Source: Amoebidium appalachense (lineage: Eukaryota; Protista; Ichthyosporea). From it: a stretch of DNA of 64,000 nt. The stretch is from the NCBI GenBank assembly GCA_963693365.1, contig CAVNZM010000013.1, positions 4,058,722 through 4,122,721 of the forward strand. The letters run 5' to 3'. This document shows, piece by piece, positions 1 through 42,816 of the stretch (the first letter of the stretch is position 1; each line of letters opens with the position of its first letter). Under the pieces are notes generated by a model. That model had not been told where the DNA came from. It ran no database searches and was given only the letters and a program-made list of their open reading frames with translations. Position numbers and translations under genes: made by a program.

Positions 1-31
1 AGTACAGAACTCGAAACACATGGCCAATCAG

Positions 32-69
<38 letters not shown>

Positions 70-344
70 GCATGTATTTCCTTTCATTTCCCCAATACAC
101 ATTGCACTTGTTGCCCGGCATCTCATTTGCAACCAAAGAAACTAGTTTCAATAAATCTCATTTCATATGCCCATCTTGCAATGCTTGCTGCATCGGGGGG
201 CTAAATACCATTTATGGTGGGTAGAAGTGACATGGACTGCCCAAATAAGGCAGGTGGTCATCATGCACTGGCCAGATATGGCAGGTTTATAAGAAGATGC
301 AAAGACCATACGCAATAGGTGTTGAGCGAGAGCACTATCCGCAT

Positions 345-537
345 GTAGTAGATGGGGGCGGAGTGCACCTACCATATATGGTAGATGGGGGCGGAATGCA
401 CCTACCATATATGGTAGATGGGGGCGGAATGCACCTACCATATATGGTAGATGGTGAGGGAATGCACTTACCATATATGGTAGATGGTGAGGGAATGCAC
501 TTACCATATATGGTAGATGGTGAGGGAATGCACTTAC

Positions 538-557
<20 letters not shown>
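345..557. repeat. 33-bp minisatellite, ~6.5 copies, overlapping a DENN exon/intron junction
   Basis: Unit ATGGTAGATGGTGAGGGAATGCACTTACCATAT and variants repeated head to tail. Confidence 0.95.
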
Positions 558-29557
<29,000 letters not shown>

Positions 29558-31691
29558 GGCTGAGGGGGGGGGGGGGGGGGGGGGATGTATGTGTTAGAGC
29601 GTTGGAAAATGGAGACACCAAGGAGGAAGGGGGGAAGTGGGGAACTGGGGGAGGGGGGGGGGGGGGGGGAGAGGGGGGATTGAACCGTTAGGGGGGGGGG
29701 GGGGAGGGGGGGGGGGGGTTAGGGGGGGTGGGGGGAGGGGGGCGGGGGGTTCCAAACACACTACAATAGACCGAGGGGTTTAGCGGAACACTCTGTCGTA
29801 TAAATATCGAAACAAACAGAATGGAAAAGACAACGAACATCTGTATACACGTGTTCATCAGCCCTGCTATCAACGATGCACTTGCAATTTCAGCGGCTAG
29901 GGTCGCCATTGCATACAAAATAACATCATGCACTCACACACACAAAAGCCTGAGCCCGCACACGGGCACACCAAGAGCCCAAAACGCGCGCACACACACA
30001 TTCTTCGACACTGTCGCACACACAACCACACACTGGTCCACAAACACGAGAACATGCACAGAAGCGGCAAGTAAACTAGTGAACTGAGGGCATCTCTTGC
30101 ACACCCGCAAGACGCACAGGAACACCATGGCTGTATAACAATTCCCTTGCTATACAAGGATACGGTTAGAGCCCTTCTCTTCCGCTCTCCTACCCGTATA
30201 CTCTTCTCCCCAATAAGATCTCCCCTCCAAGCCCCCTATTCCCTCACCCCCGTCACCTCCCTGCCCCCCCCCCTTCCCCCCCAAAGGAAGCCCCTCCCTC
30301 TCTCACTGCCCACAGCCCCCAGCCACTAAGCACTCGAGATCTTATCGCCTCATCATCATACTTTTTCAACCAACGCCTTCGGGAACGAAACAACTTTATC
30401 ACCCCCCTACCGTTTTTCCCACTCTACGACATCTCCTGAAGTCCTAATAAGCAGGTGCACGTATCTGCTCCACCAATTCTCCCTTTTTCCACACAATCCT
30501 TATATCCGAGCACATTAGCTCTGCGAAAATGCTAGTCCGCGAAAAAACATCAGAAACCATAAATCAGTTTTACGGGCGGTGAGCCTCCCTCCCTCCGCTC
30601 AGCATAGCAACCGTATTCCTCTCTGTAGCCATAGGCACCCCTTTCTTTAACTACTTCGTATATCTGCACCCACGCCCTCACCTATCCGCTTGTGCACTCA
30701 CGCACTATACAGCACCTATAGTATAGTAAACCTAGCTGTAGTTACAGTGTTAAAGATACACATACTATACGTATACTCGCATTATTTCTATTTCCCTCCT
30801 CTGTCGACTGAGTAAAACGAAAAACGAAATTGAGCTTCGGCCGCGGGGCTGCGGCCGGGCCCTTCCTAACAAAAACATAAATATGGTGAGAATAATTTTC
30901 AGGGCTTCAAATTACGCAAATTCGATCCAATTGTTTCATCGGCAGACATTTTCGACGCTCATAAATGTTTATGTTTCTGGTGGCTCGCCCTTTCTTTTGA
31001 TCAAGGCACCTGTTTTTTTGTAAACGTACTTACTACTATGATATTGTAGTAAAGACTTGACCGGAAAGTGGTATATACATTTATATCACCTTATGGAACG
31101 TACCTTTCATATTCTCCAACTCTGTACTTCCTCCCCCCAGCAGATCCCCCCAGCCCGGAGTGAGGTGAGGTTCGTGGTGGCGGTGGCGGTGGTGGCGACG
31201 GAAGGGGAGGGGGGGGAAGAGGGGGAGGGGGAGGGTAGAGCGGGTTTTAAGGGGGGGAGGGATTCTGAAGGGGTTTTCTTTTTTTTTTTTTTTTTTTTGT
31301 GGGAGGGGGGGGGGAGATAATACCTCTCTGGCAAGTTTGGACATGTACAACTGTTCTACCCCCCCCCCCCCCTCCCCCCCCCCCCCCCCCCCTTCCCCTT
31401 CCCCTCCCCCATCACCACCACCACCACCACCACCACCAACGGTCTTACCGCCACCTCTCGCCTCTTCCGAGAGTCTTTTTCCCACTCCCTTTCTAAAACA
31501 CTTGCACACTAGCGTGCCCATGCGATCACACGCACAGACTTGCACACACTTCCATCCATGCTCTACACCTGTGTCCAAGGAATCGCAATCGTGTGGGCAC
31601 ACCGACCGTAGACAGGACCCGTGTGCCTTCGAATTACCGCTCTGCAGGCAGCAGCCCGGTCCCATTCATGTACTCCCTCTTGACCCCCCCC

Positions 31692-31742
<51 letters not shown>

Positions 31743-32277
31743 TCACTCACACACACACACACACACACACACCCTTTACCACGAGGGATCACCCATCACC
31801 CAGTGCCAACCTCACGTGCACCCTTCCCGACTTCCCGAGTATCACACAAAAAAACCAGGGTTGATTCATTACCCCCCTTCCCCTTGCAATTGCATTTGCA
31901 CTCATACACAGGCAGGCACAAGCTCGACGCAGCATCATACTGATAAGTTTTCTGGCATATGCATGTTGGCACATGCAACCAAAAACATTTGTACAATTTG
32001 TGGGGCTGCACCTCCTCAGTTGGTGACATAAGGTACACACAGGTATGATACGTGTGCACACATCGTGCAAGCAATCAAGGCATTGAACCGTATTGTTGTT
32101 TGGGATCGATCCACGGGATCATGCTTGCTCATCACGTGCACAACGGACTAAAAAGGCGGCTGATCCGCCTGCCTCCGCCAACTATCGGGCCTCGCGGGCC
32201 TGGGGGGGGGAGGGGATCATCGGGGAGAGTGCAGCTGAGTACCAGATAGCACGGTAGTTAAGGAAAATGTGGGCGGG

Positions 32278-32322
<45 letters not shown>

Positions 32323-32471
32323 TTCCAGGCTAAACTCACAACCTCCCGGCCCTCCCCCGTGACCCCCCACGCAACACCCACCATGACGCACGAACAAGCG
32401 CGCTCATACACACCGTCACACACACGCACACGTACACGCACACACACACACACGCACATTCACACGCGCAC

Positions 32472-32503
<32 letters not shown>

Positions 32504-32979
32504 GCGCGCGCGCGCGCGCACTTCCTTATGCATGGCTTGTACACGGGCTGGGCGGGAGGGAGGCCTTACACGGGCACGTACGACTACCCGGCGGAGTCCG
32601 CTCCGCTCACTCTCCGGGGCTCTCGAGAGCTTAGGCGAACGTCTGACTCACGCAGCGTGTCATAAATGATTCGTGATTGTCTCCCCTGAGAGGTTTTCTT
32701 ACACGTCGAGATATAGCTAGACAGTCTGAACGTCTTCCTACACAGTGTGTAATGGGCGTGGCCGGCGCGTGGCCCAGCCTGGGGCTGCACGCAGGAATGT
32801 AAACAAACGGGTTTGAATTTCTAGCTTTACCTCATTAATAATTTGTCGGGTTTCCGGATGTCGCCCCAACAAAGACATCTGTCCATGCGACCGGGAAGGG
32901 TGTCGAATTCCCTAATACAAAACATAAACGCTCCAGAATTGTTAACCCTGGTAAACACCAATTAGTGAGCCCTCTGTTG

Positions 32980-33386
32980 CAGGCGGGGGATAACGAAAAT
33001 AATCGTCGTAATTACGATTAACGAAAGACCCCGATACGAATAAGGTTAGGGTGCCGTCGTAGCAGCTTTCGTATCAGAAGTATAGCATTATAAACGCTTT
33101 AAGGCCCCCTAATATCTAACTGTACCTAATTTTTCCAATATTTTTGTTCAAGAACATATCTACAGCGCTTCTCATGAGCAATATGGAACCCCGACAAGTG
33201 TCCAGGGCTTGTAATTGTGCGATACCTAAATTGTAAAAATGCGGATTTTGAGTTTTGTGACTGGAGGGGTGTTTTTAGATGGGCTTGCAGACCCCAAGAA
33301 CCCCCAACCGTTACGATTAAGAAACTGTCCGTTACGATTAGCCAAAGGACAATACGGTTAAGCTGGCCAACCCCAGCCCAACCCTG
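32980..33386. mobile_element. hAT-family MITE (407 bp)
   Basis: Ends CAGGCGGGGG...CCCAACCCTG; perfect 8-bp TSD CTCTGTTG at 32972-32979 and 33387-33394; subterminal TTACGAT motifs; second copy at 47519-47935. Confidence 0.88.
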
Positions 33387-33985
33387 CTCTGTTGGTTAGA
33401 AAAAGCCAATCATTACTCCGTATTTTATCATGGCAGCGCGCGGTTAAATTCAATTGAGTCCAGCACCGTCCACTGTGACGTATACACCGCCCAGTGTACA
33501 GCTGATGAATTCGATTTTTGATATCTTTCTGTTTATAATGACCATAGTTGAATTACTCCTTTTTTCCTCTTTCCTTTGTTCCTCTTCTTTTGCCTTTCAA
33601 GTTGTTCTGACCATCGATGTCAGTGCAGCTGCGCAGCTGCAGCTTCAGAGTCGCCATCAGGCCGTGCTCAACGCGTTTTACGAAGAGTCCTCCGAGCACA
33701 TGCAGCATAAATATGTTCCTGGCAGATCATACCAGAAGCAGGGTTATAAGTGATATCAGTCGCACCCCCAGAGATGTTCGCCTATGTAAGCGTGTGCGAA
33801 ACCAATCAACCGAGGCACATCTCCTTACATGTGTTTCGAAGCCGGCTCATCTTTCACCTGCGCGCACATGCAGCGGCTGAGCAAACAAAGGAAAGTTCTG
33901 TTAACAGTTTGTTAGCGTTATTGTGTTACTGATAGACAACAGTAGTCGTACTAAGTGTGCAGCCAGTGGGGAGCCTGATAGCACC

Positions 33986-35557
33986 ATGCAAAAACACACA
34001 TCTATTGCCCGTGTCCTCGTTTTCCTGGCCGTGGCCATATACTACGCCACAGCAAATCCTGTTGTGCGTCGTGGCCTCGTTACCATATCGTCCATATTCA
34101 ACAGCGGCCAGGCATGCATCAACTGCCTTTCAAACAGTGGAGGCAACAATCCAGTGTGTGGGACGGATGGCAAAACATACAACAACCCTAACTGTCTTAT
34201 CTGCAAACCCAATGTGGCTAAGGCATGCAACGGGGCTTGCCCGTGCAACGAGTCCTTCGGTACCGGTGGGTCGTCTGGGCCGACACAACCAACGTCCAAC
34301 ACACGTACCACAAACCCGGCGCCCACTACTCCGCCGTCCAGTGGAGGAACAGGGCCCATATTGCCACCAAGCGGAGGAGGAACAGGGCCCATATCGCCAT
34401 CAAGCGGAGGAGGGACAGGGCACATATCTCCCACAAACACCAAAAGTAACTGGGTGGACCTGTACTACTCAAAGGTCCCCCACACCTTTTCCGGGCCCAT
34501 TCCTGCGTTTCCCTTCCCCCCACCGTACAGCTATGCACCCATGCCCGCATGTGGGAACTACAGGTACAAAGATGTGTTGAATAACCTGACCGCATTCAAC
34601 CCTTCCTTGGGCGTAGATAGCGTCAACAACATCTACATGGCGCTTCTTCTTTCCGAGAGTGTATACCGGTTGAATCTTTCCTCTGCGGACATGCCACTGT
34701 GGTGGTCGTGTCTGGGTGCGCGCAAGATCGAACTGATAGACACGCAGAAAAATAATGAAGCGGCAATTCTCGTGACAGACAACGCTGTTATTGTTCTTGT
34801 GCAAGGAAGCAACGGGGAGGTTCCCTTGTTCAACACCGACTGGTTGTCTAATTTGAAGATATTATTTGCTGATGCACCATCGTACCTCGGAATGCCCGGG
34901 GCACACATACACGCCGGGTTTCTCGAATCAAGCTGGGACCTTCTTCAGAACGGCTACCTTGAAAACAAAGTTCTGTATCATTGCGGGCGCAGATTTCCGC
35001 AAAACTGCACCATTCTAATTGCTGGGCACAGTAGGGGTGCGGCCATATCACCCTTACTCGCAGCCCATTTCCACCGTTTGAGCGCGTCAAAAAAAGTTTT
35101 TGTTGGGGGTGTGTTTTCGTTTGAGAGCCCAAAAGTTGGTGATGAAGCATTTCAGACATACTACAGTAGCTCGGGCCTTACCTTCCGGACGGCAAGGGGT
35201 CTTTACAAAGACGATGGCGCGGTTGGTTTCCCCCCCGATGCTACGGGTTTTAGGCATGTTGGCCGGCCTTTTGTCGTCGAAAGATGCTCGTTCCAACCCC
35301 CCGGAAACCGAATTTACCTCAATATGAGACACCATTTCCCTTCCGTTTCTGTCAACGCACTGTGGGAGAAGTGCGCTGGGCTTGCAAAGACGTTGCTTCC
35401 TCCACCCACATACCCGGATGGGTCTTTTGGGTTGTATGTGAACGAAAACATTGCGTCTGTTGCAAAAGAAGCGGGCGAGGCAATTGTTGATACGGCAAAG
35501 TCTGCTGTGAATGAAGCGGGAGGGTTGTTAAATAAGGTGATTGGGTGGCTTTTCTAG
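33986..35557 (+). CDS. Secreted class-3 lipase with N-terminal Kazal-type domain, intronless (523 aa)
   Basis: Signal peptide MQKHTSIARVLVFLAVAIYYATA; Kazal motif C..PVCGTDGKTYNNPNC..C..CNGAC; G/S/T/P linker; Lipase_3 hallmarks VQGS..DWLSNL, HAGF, GHSRG nucleophile elbow, FESPKVGD, D..V..PP, FRHVG, RHH. Confidence 0.9.
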   Translation: MQKHTSIARVLVFLAVAIYYATANPVVRRGLVTISSIFNSGQACINCLSNSGGNNPVCGTDGKTYNNPNCLICKPNVAKACNGACPCNESFGTGGSSGPTQPTSNTRTTNPAPTTPPSSGGTGPILPPSGGGTGPISPSSGGGTGHISPTNTKSNWVDLYYSKVPHTFSGPIPAFPFPPPYSYAPMPACGNYRYKDVLNNLTAFNPSLGVDSVNNIYMALLLSESVYRLNLSSADMPLWWSCLGARKIELIDTQKNNEAAILVTDNAVIVLVQGSNGEVPLFNTDWLSNLKILFADAPSYLGMPGAHIHAGFLESSWDLLQNGYLENKVLYHCGRRFPQNCTILIAGHSRGAAISPLLAAHFHRLSASKKVFVGGVFSFESPKVGDEAFQTYYSSSGLTFRTARGLYKDDGAVGFPPDATGFRHVGRPFVVERCSFQPPGNRIYLNMRHHFPSVSVNALWEKCAGLAKTLLPPPTYPDGSFGLYVNENIASVAKEAGEAIVDTAKSAVNEAGGLLNKVIGWLF

Positions 35558-35700
35558 CTTTTTTGGGGGGAGGGGGGGGGGGGGGGGGGGGCGGGGGCCA
35601 GGGGGGGAGGGGGGGGGTTGGTTGTGTTTAGGGATGTTTATATTTTTATTTTTTTTCTTTCTGTTTATACCGTCATGTTAGTTATAATTACAGCAGATGG

Positions 35701-35818
35701 TCAACGAATGGGTGACAGTTTAATCTTGGAAAATTTGTGCAAAAGAGCCTCTGAAATATATTCGATCTTTGGGGAAGAGGGGCCCGCACTGAGAAGGGAG
35801 ATCTGGGTGGGGTGGGAA

Positions 35819-35874
<56 letters not shown>

Positions 35875-36279
35875 CTACAAATAGGGTCATATCATGTGAA
35901 ATTTTGCCTGAAATCAGTTCAGCAGGCACTTGTTCGAAGATAAATTTGTTAGGTAAATTAATCTGACAGTATAGTATAGGTGCTGTTATCATATGACTTC
36001 GACGCGGCCTACATTTCTAAAAGTTCATTACTCAGAAATACATGCTAATTTGATATCTATTATATGTAATCTGTTGTACTATAGCTTCGAAAATAAGCTT
36101 ATGATAGTCAATGATTAGTTGCCTCCTATTCTACGATATGTAATCGAGATTCCTGCCAGAATTTGACATAAAGATGGGCTTTTTGCATCGCCGGGGGTAT
36201 CAGTCCTCCCCCCTCCCCCCCCCCCCGCCCCTCTCCCCACCGCCCCACATCCATTCCATTTGCCCCTAGCCGGCCCCCC

Positions 36280-36316
<37 letters not shown>

Positions 36317-36897
36317 CGGCACAAAAAAAAAAATGAAGAAAATTGCACGTACACACACAAACACACACACACGCACACCGCTCGTAGCCTCGCCTAAAAC
36401 GTGCCAGTGGCACCGGCTAACAGTTTTTATGGACCGGGCATTGGTGGTATAGGTCCTTGGAATTCCTACAGTGTGGGGATTTCCATAGTTATGTTGGGAT
36501 TTCATATGGCGAGGTGCAATGGGTGGTGTGTGCACCTGCACCGGCTGGAATGGTGGGTGGTTGTTTGGCTGTTGACGACCCGGGGGGGACGGGGGGGGGG
36601 GGGGGGGGGGGGGGGGAGGGAGGGAGAGGGGGAGAGCACTTTGCCTTCCCAAGATCATCAACGGTTACAATAATCACCAATTTATAAATGTGCGCTGTTG
36701 AATTATGCAACCAATATTTAGAATTAATAAGTTTATTTTCATTCTGTTTAAATCTAAACTGGTTATTTTTGCTTGGATTATGGTGGGGAGCTGCACTGCA
36801 CTGGAGACACACAGTGGTGATGTTTTCAAGGATAGGATGAAGGGGTTTAACAAAGGAGGTTACTGGGAAATGTGGGCCGTGGTGTGTATGTGTGTCA

Positions 36898-36944
<47 letters not shown>

Positions 36945-36975
36945 GGTAGGCTCGGGTGGGTTGGGGCCGGGGAGT

Positions 36976-37018
<43 letters not shown>

Positions 37019-38910
37019 GAAGGGGAGGGGAGGGGGGAGGGGGAGGGGGGGGGGGGGGGGGCTATGAATGAATGTGTTACTAGTTGGTCCAGAGAGAGAA
37101 TCTATGAATCTAGCCTGCGAAGGGAAAATATGTGAAGAAAGTTGAGTTTGATTGCGCCTTCAGAGTGGTTAGGAACTTGGCGGAGAGGGGGTTTCAATGG
37201 AGAAGTGTATTCAATAATAGCCTGCAGCCGCCCAGACCGTAACCCCTCCCTCTCCCCCCTCCCCCCCCCCCCCCCCCCCCCCCCCCGCCCGCCCGCCCTG
37301 TTCTCCCTCCCTCCCTCTCTCCCCCCCTCCTTCCCCCCCCCCCCCCCACCACCACCACCACCACCACCACACACACCCACACACGTCCCACCACATTTCC
37401 GAGCTCCCTTCGACCCCTCCCCCCCCCCCTTCCCCCCCACAAAAAAAAAAAGAAGAAGAAAAAGAAAGAAATAAGAGAACAATAAAAGCGGATAACAGAA
37501 AGAACACGTTGCACTTGTGTCCTTAGTCGATTTTGATTTTTCAGGCAGTATTATGCCGTGCCCCTGCTATCTCACACACGCATCACATATCCCACATATC
37601 TTCACTGACTCCAAAACTCTCAACTGACCAAACCAAGGGTCATATAGTGTGGAGGCCTAAACGGGGTTACGTTTTTTTTTATTTTATACCATGGCCATTA
37701 TTCAGTACCGCTTCCTGTTTGTGGGTACGGGATTCAACTTAGCGATACATACAATCTAGACTGATCCTCTCTAACAGAAATGCGGCTAAACGATCGGGCT
37801 GTACTATTTACCTAAAGATAAGGGGGGGGGGGGGGGGGGGGGGGGGGGCTTGTTCTAGACTTCTACGGTGTTGAATCTAGGGGGGAGGGGGGCCCGCGGT
37901 TGCGAAATTTCCGAAGGTGGCCACCATGGCATAGCTTCTTTTGATACGTTTATGTTCATACGTTCAATTCTACCAGTGTTCGAGATGGGGAACCATCGGA
38001 TACATTCCTAACAGTTCAGGAGGAAAGGAACACGGATCCGGGGGAAGGGGGGGGGGGGGGGGGGGGGGGGGAGAGAGAGAAGGGAGGCTATCACAGGGTG
38101 AGAGGGGGAGGGGGGGGGGAGGGGGGGGGAGGGGGGGGGGGTTGATTCTTAGGACGTAGCACTCGATCGCTGGCTGTAACTACAGAACTATACTGCAAAC
38201 AGTGGCCAAGCTTTTTGGGGGCCGAGGGGGGTAGAGGGGGGTGAGGAGTCAAATCTGACCTTTTTTCCATGCGGCTACGTCTGGTAAAAGGGAGGGGGGT
38301 TGGGAGCCCGAGAATAATGATGAATAATGATGAATAATGATGAATAATGATGAATAATGATGAATAATGATGAATAATGATGAATAATGATGAATAATGA
38401 TGAATAATGATGAATAATGATGAATAATGATGGGGGGCAAACTTGCCGACAGTATTTCCAGTTCACCACTCCTGCTGCCTTCATATGTTTAAACCCCCCC
38501 CCTCCCTCCCCCCCCCCCCCCCCCCCCCCCCCCGCCTCCCCGATGTCCCGACCTCCTTTCTTGGGGGGCAGAGGATGGGTATGTGTGTGTTGGGGTGTGG
38601 GTGTGTGTGTTTGGGGGGGGGGGGGGGGGAGGGGTGGTCACTCCCTGGGACCCGTGACCGGAGAGTATCTATCCATATATCCCCCCCCCCCCCCCCCCCC
38701 CCCCCCGGCCCATGCATCATCATTAAATTGACCTGCTCGTCCAAACCCCATACACGATGGGTTTCCTGTTACCGAAAATCACTCAATGACTGGTTCTGTG
38801 ATCATGACCCGGTCACGGTTTCATGTGTGTTAATCAATAGATGCCAGACATGCACAGGTTTCCACGCGTGTGCGCAATGATGGGTGTGTGCTGGTGGTGG
38901 TGGTGGTGCC

Positions 38911-38952
<42 letters not shown>

Positions 38953-38977
38953 CGCGCGCGCGCACGTGTGTGTGTTT

Positions 38978-39010
<33 letters not shown>

Positions 39011-39136
39011 TGTGTATTTGTTTGTGTGTGTGTGTGTGTGTGTGTCACGGTGCGTGCGTGTGTGTATGTGTGGTGTGTGTGTGTAAGGGTGTGTGTATGT
39101 GTGTGTGTGTCACGGTGCGTGCGTGTGTGTATGTGT

Positions 39137-39168
<32 letters not shown>

Positions 39169-39252
39169 ACGGTGCGTGCGTGTGTGTATGTGTGGTGCGT
39201 GTGTGTATGTGTGTGTGTGTGTGTGTCACGGTGCGTGCGTGTGTGTATGTGT

Positions 39253-39284
<32 letters not shown>

Positions 39285-39299
39285 ACGGTGCGTGCGTGT

Positions 39300-39358
<59 letters not shown>

Positions 39359-39421
39359 ACGGTGCGTGCGTGTGTGTATGTGTGGTGTGTGTGTGTATGT
39401 GTGGTGTGTGTGTGTATGTGT

Positions 39422-39453
<32 letters not shown>

Positions 39454-39477
39454 ACGGTGCGTGCGTGTGTGTATGGG

Positions 39478-39549
<72 letters not shown>

Positions 39550-40005
39550 CGCCAGGTTGCGGGGGTGGGGGAGGGGGGGGGGGGGGGGGGGCGCTTGAGG
39601 GGTAAATACGAAGCACAATAAATACAATTCGGATGAGAAACACGTTGCATGACACAGTAGGCCGAGTCACTTCGTGTCGGTATAGACTTTGATAGGCAGA
39701 AGTGTAAGCACATCAGACTAGGATGCCATATCAGCACAGCATAATCAGGCCAAAGGGAACGGTGGGTCGTAGTGGTGGTAGTGGTGGTAGTTGGGGGGTG
39801 GGGGGGGGGGGGGGGGGGGGGGAGGGGGATTGTCAGCATTGCCGAGTCCCGCACGTTTCCCCAAGCTTCCTGAAGCATAATGTTTCCTTTGAGATCTTCC
39901 GTTGCAAGCCACAGCATCGAAGACATGATAACTTTGGGCAGGATATTTACTACCGGGTAAAGGGGCTGCAGGGCTTGCAGCTGTCAGTTGTCTTTTTTTT
40001 TTTTT

Positions 40006-40059
<54 letters not shown>

Positions 40060-40426
40060 TAGTCCGGGGCAACTTCAGTGAACTAATGGGCCCGGCATAT
40101 CACCCCCCCCCCCTCCCCCCCCCCCCCCCCCCTCTCTCTCCCTTCCTCCCAACGACACGCACATATCCGTTTTTTTTTTTTTTAATTAATCAGCTCAAAC
40201 TCGGAGGGGGGGCGGTTGGGGTGCGTTGGGGCGGCGGAGGATACTTTATTCTTCAGGATATCAGTTGGGTACAGAATTTTTTTCCAAATGTCCAAGGAAC
40301 ACGGGGCTGCATACTACATGCACCGTGCACATAACGCTTTCCATTGACACCGTTTGAAACGATCATACATCACCAAGGAGGTTTAAGCTGTTCACTCGAG
40401 GCACAAGAAAGACCAGTCTCAGGTGT

Positions 40427-40486
<60 letters not shown>

Positions 40487-41350
40487 GCTTGGCGTATCCC
40501 CCCCAGCATTATCATGAACATATCAGGTGTGTGGATGTCGAATACCAGGGGAAGCGCCATATAAATTAAGAAGAAAATTAGATAGTTGGGTTCCCCACAT
40601 CATCAACACCCAACTTGGCCCAAATGATATATGGCCGTATGTAACAACTAGATATGCGGTAATACACAATTACTAGATATACGGATGTGTGCAACAACTA
40701 GATATTGGGATATATGCCATCACTAGATATGTGGTAGTATACAACAACTAGATATTGGGATATATGCAATCACTATGTGGTAGTATACAACAACTAGATA
40801 TTTGGATATATGCAATCACTAGATATGTGGTAGTATACAACAACTAGATATTTGGATATATGCAATCACTAGATATGTGGTAGTATACAACAACTAGATA
40901 TTTGGATATATGCAATCACTAGATATGTGGTAGTATACAACAACTAGATATTGGGATATATGCAATCACTAGATATGTGGTAGTATACAACAACTAGATA
41001 TTTGGATATATGCAATCACTAGATATGTGGTAGTATACAACAACTAGATATTTGGATATATGCAATCACTAGATATGTGGTAGTATACAACAACTAGATA
41101 TTTGGATATATGCAATCACTAGATATGTGGTAGTATACAACAACTAGATATTTGGATATATGCAATCACTAGTAGATAAAGGTATGGCACACAATAGCCA
41201 ATCTTCAGTGTCTCTATACATGTATGGGAAAGCAGGGGAGGAGGGGGATTTAGAACGGTTACCCGGGGGGAGGGGGGGGGGGAGGGGTAGTGAAGGTGTT
41301 TGGCTGAAATGATACATTACGAGTACAGTGTGTCCGGTTTGTGCCTGACA
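35701..41350 (-). CDS. Possible multi-exon gene of unknown product (tentative)
   Basis: The last two candidate exons join in frame ([28 protein letters not shown] ~35878-35961, then [21 protein letters not shown]-stop ~35701-35766), and the donor is followed by a C-tract as in the DENN gene. Other unique islands (36.4, 36.8, 37.2, 39.9, 41.3 kb) look exon-like, but I recognise no family. Confidence 0.3.
38311..38431. repeat. 10-bp tandem repeat (GAATAATGAT)n, 12 copies
   Basis: Perfect decamer array. Confidence 0.95.
39030..39480. repeat. Compound minisatellite (GT)n-CACGGTGCGTGCGTGTGTGTATGTGTGGT, ~7 copies
   Basis: Fixed core separated by variable (GT)n. Confidence 0.85.
40640..41172. repeat. 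50-bp minisatellite (dimer of diverged 25-mers), ~10 copies
   Basis: CAACTAGATATTTGGATATATGCAATCACTAGATATGTGGTAGTATACAA, degenerating at the left end. Confidence 0.92.
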
Positions 41351-42594
41351 CCGGAGTAATGGGTTTGGGGTGGAGGCGTGGGGTAGGGTGTTGTGTGTGT
41401 GTGGGGGGGGTGTGGGTTGGGGAGGGGGGAGCAGGGAGGTGGTGGTGGTGGTGGTGGGGAAGGGGGGTGGGGGGGGGAGGAGGGGGAGGATAGTATGCAA
41501 CAGAGAGTTGGAACAATAATAGTGGAGGCATCGAATGACAAACCGCTAAACGTGACAAAGAAACGTCAGAGAGAGGCGAAACAAACAAACAGACAAAAAA
41601 AAAAGGAGTGCTGGCAAGTGGCACTTGAACAGAGCCCATCATCAGGGCAGTTCCTTCTTTGGGGGGGAGGGAGGGGGGCTGGAGGGGGGGGGGGGGGGTG
41701 ACAATAACTTGTAGGGACCTAAAAAACATACAAGAGCAGAGCATGGGGAGGGGGCGGGGTGGGAAGGGGGGAGGGGGAGGGGGCGTTGAGGGGTGGAGGG
41801 GAGGGATTCACCATGTCCGTTATTCGCTTTCGACGGCACGGCAGGTGCAATTGGTTGCCGGTAGGAGGGAAGGGGTTGGAGGGGCAGGCGGGGTGGGCGG
41901 GGCGGAGGGCGGTGGTTGGGGGGGGAGGGGGGGGGGGGGGGGGGGGGGGAGGGGGGGGGGCTCCAGCCTTAGTCTAGCGCAATTTGCACAGAGGTGCTGT
42001 GTAGTCGTGATGTGCCTGCTCGTGTAGGGCTGTGTGTTTGTGTGTTCGCGCGCGCGCGCGCAGGTGGGTTTGGGGAAGGGGCGGGGAGATTGCTGTGTGT
42101 GCGTGTCTGTGTGTGTGTGCGTGTCTGTGTGTCTGTGTCACGTGTGTGTGTGTGTGTGTGTGTGTACGCGCGTGTGTCTGTGTGTGTCCAAGTGTGTGTG
42201 TGTGTCTGGGAGTGTGACAGTGAAGTTGTTTGTGTGCGTGTGTGGGCGACCGTGCGTGCGTGCGCGCGCGCGCATGTGTGTGTGCGTGCCTGCGTGCCTG
42301 CGTGTGTGTGTGTGCGTGTGCGTGTGTGGTCGTTTGTGTGTGTGTTGGCGCGGGCAACTACAGAAAACACAACCCAACATGTGTATAACCTGAATCACTG
42401 CGGCCGTGTGCCGTGGTAATCCGATTGCACAGCAAGTTCAAAAAAGTGAAGCTTTCTTTCCTGCCATGAAAATGCCAGCTCTCTACGCGCATGCTAAGAG
42501 GACGTAAGGCTACAGTTTACTCTCAGCGTTTCAGGCATATACATTAACACGTCTGTTATTATTAGCTTGACCTACTATGTACTAATTAGCTCTA

Positions 42595-42816
42595 CCACCT
42601 ACTGAGGCGGTGTCTCCCTTTTCTTTTCTTTTCTTTTTTTTTTTGCCGCCTGAAGTAGATGTATAACGTCGCACGTGCGGCAACACGTCAGTACGTGTTA
42701 GTAATTAGCTGCAGTACTCACGTGCACGCTAACACGTACTGACGTGTTGCCGCACGTGCGACTTAACATCTAAAAAAAAAAAAAAAAAAGAAAGGAGACA
42801 CCGCCTCAGTAGGTGG
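42595..42816. repeat. ~220-bp foldback / long inverted repeat, with a third partial arm at ~42820-42873
   Basis: CCACCTACTGAGGCGGTGTCTCC..T-run..TAGATGT..GTCGCACGTGCGGCAACACGTCAGTACGTGTTAG is mirrored by CTAACACGTACTGACGTGTTGCCGCACGTGCGAC..ACATCTA..A-run..GGAGACACCGCCTCAGTAGGTGG. Confidence 0.85.

Noticed and set aside
33454-33753. 99-aa ORF upstream of the lipase
   Set aside because: No recognisable domain or convincing gene signals.
40640-41172. CRISPR-like regular repeat (also considered for the 30-, 33- and 36-bp arrays)
   Set aside because: No unique spacers, no cas genes, eukaryotic context.
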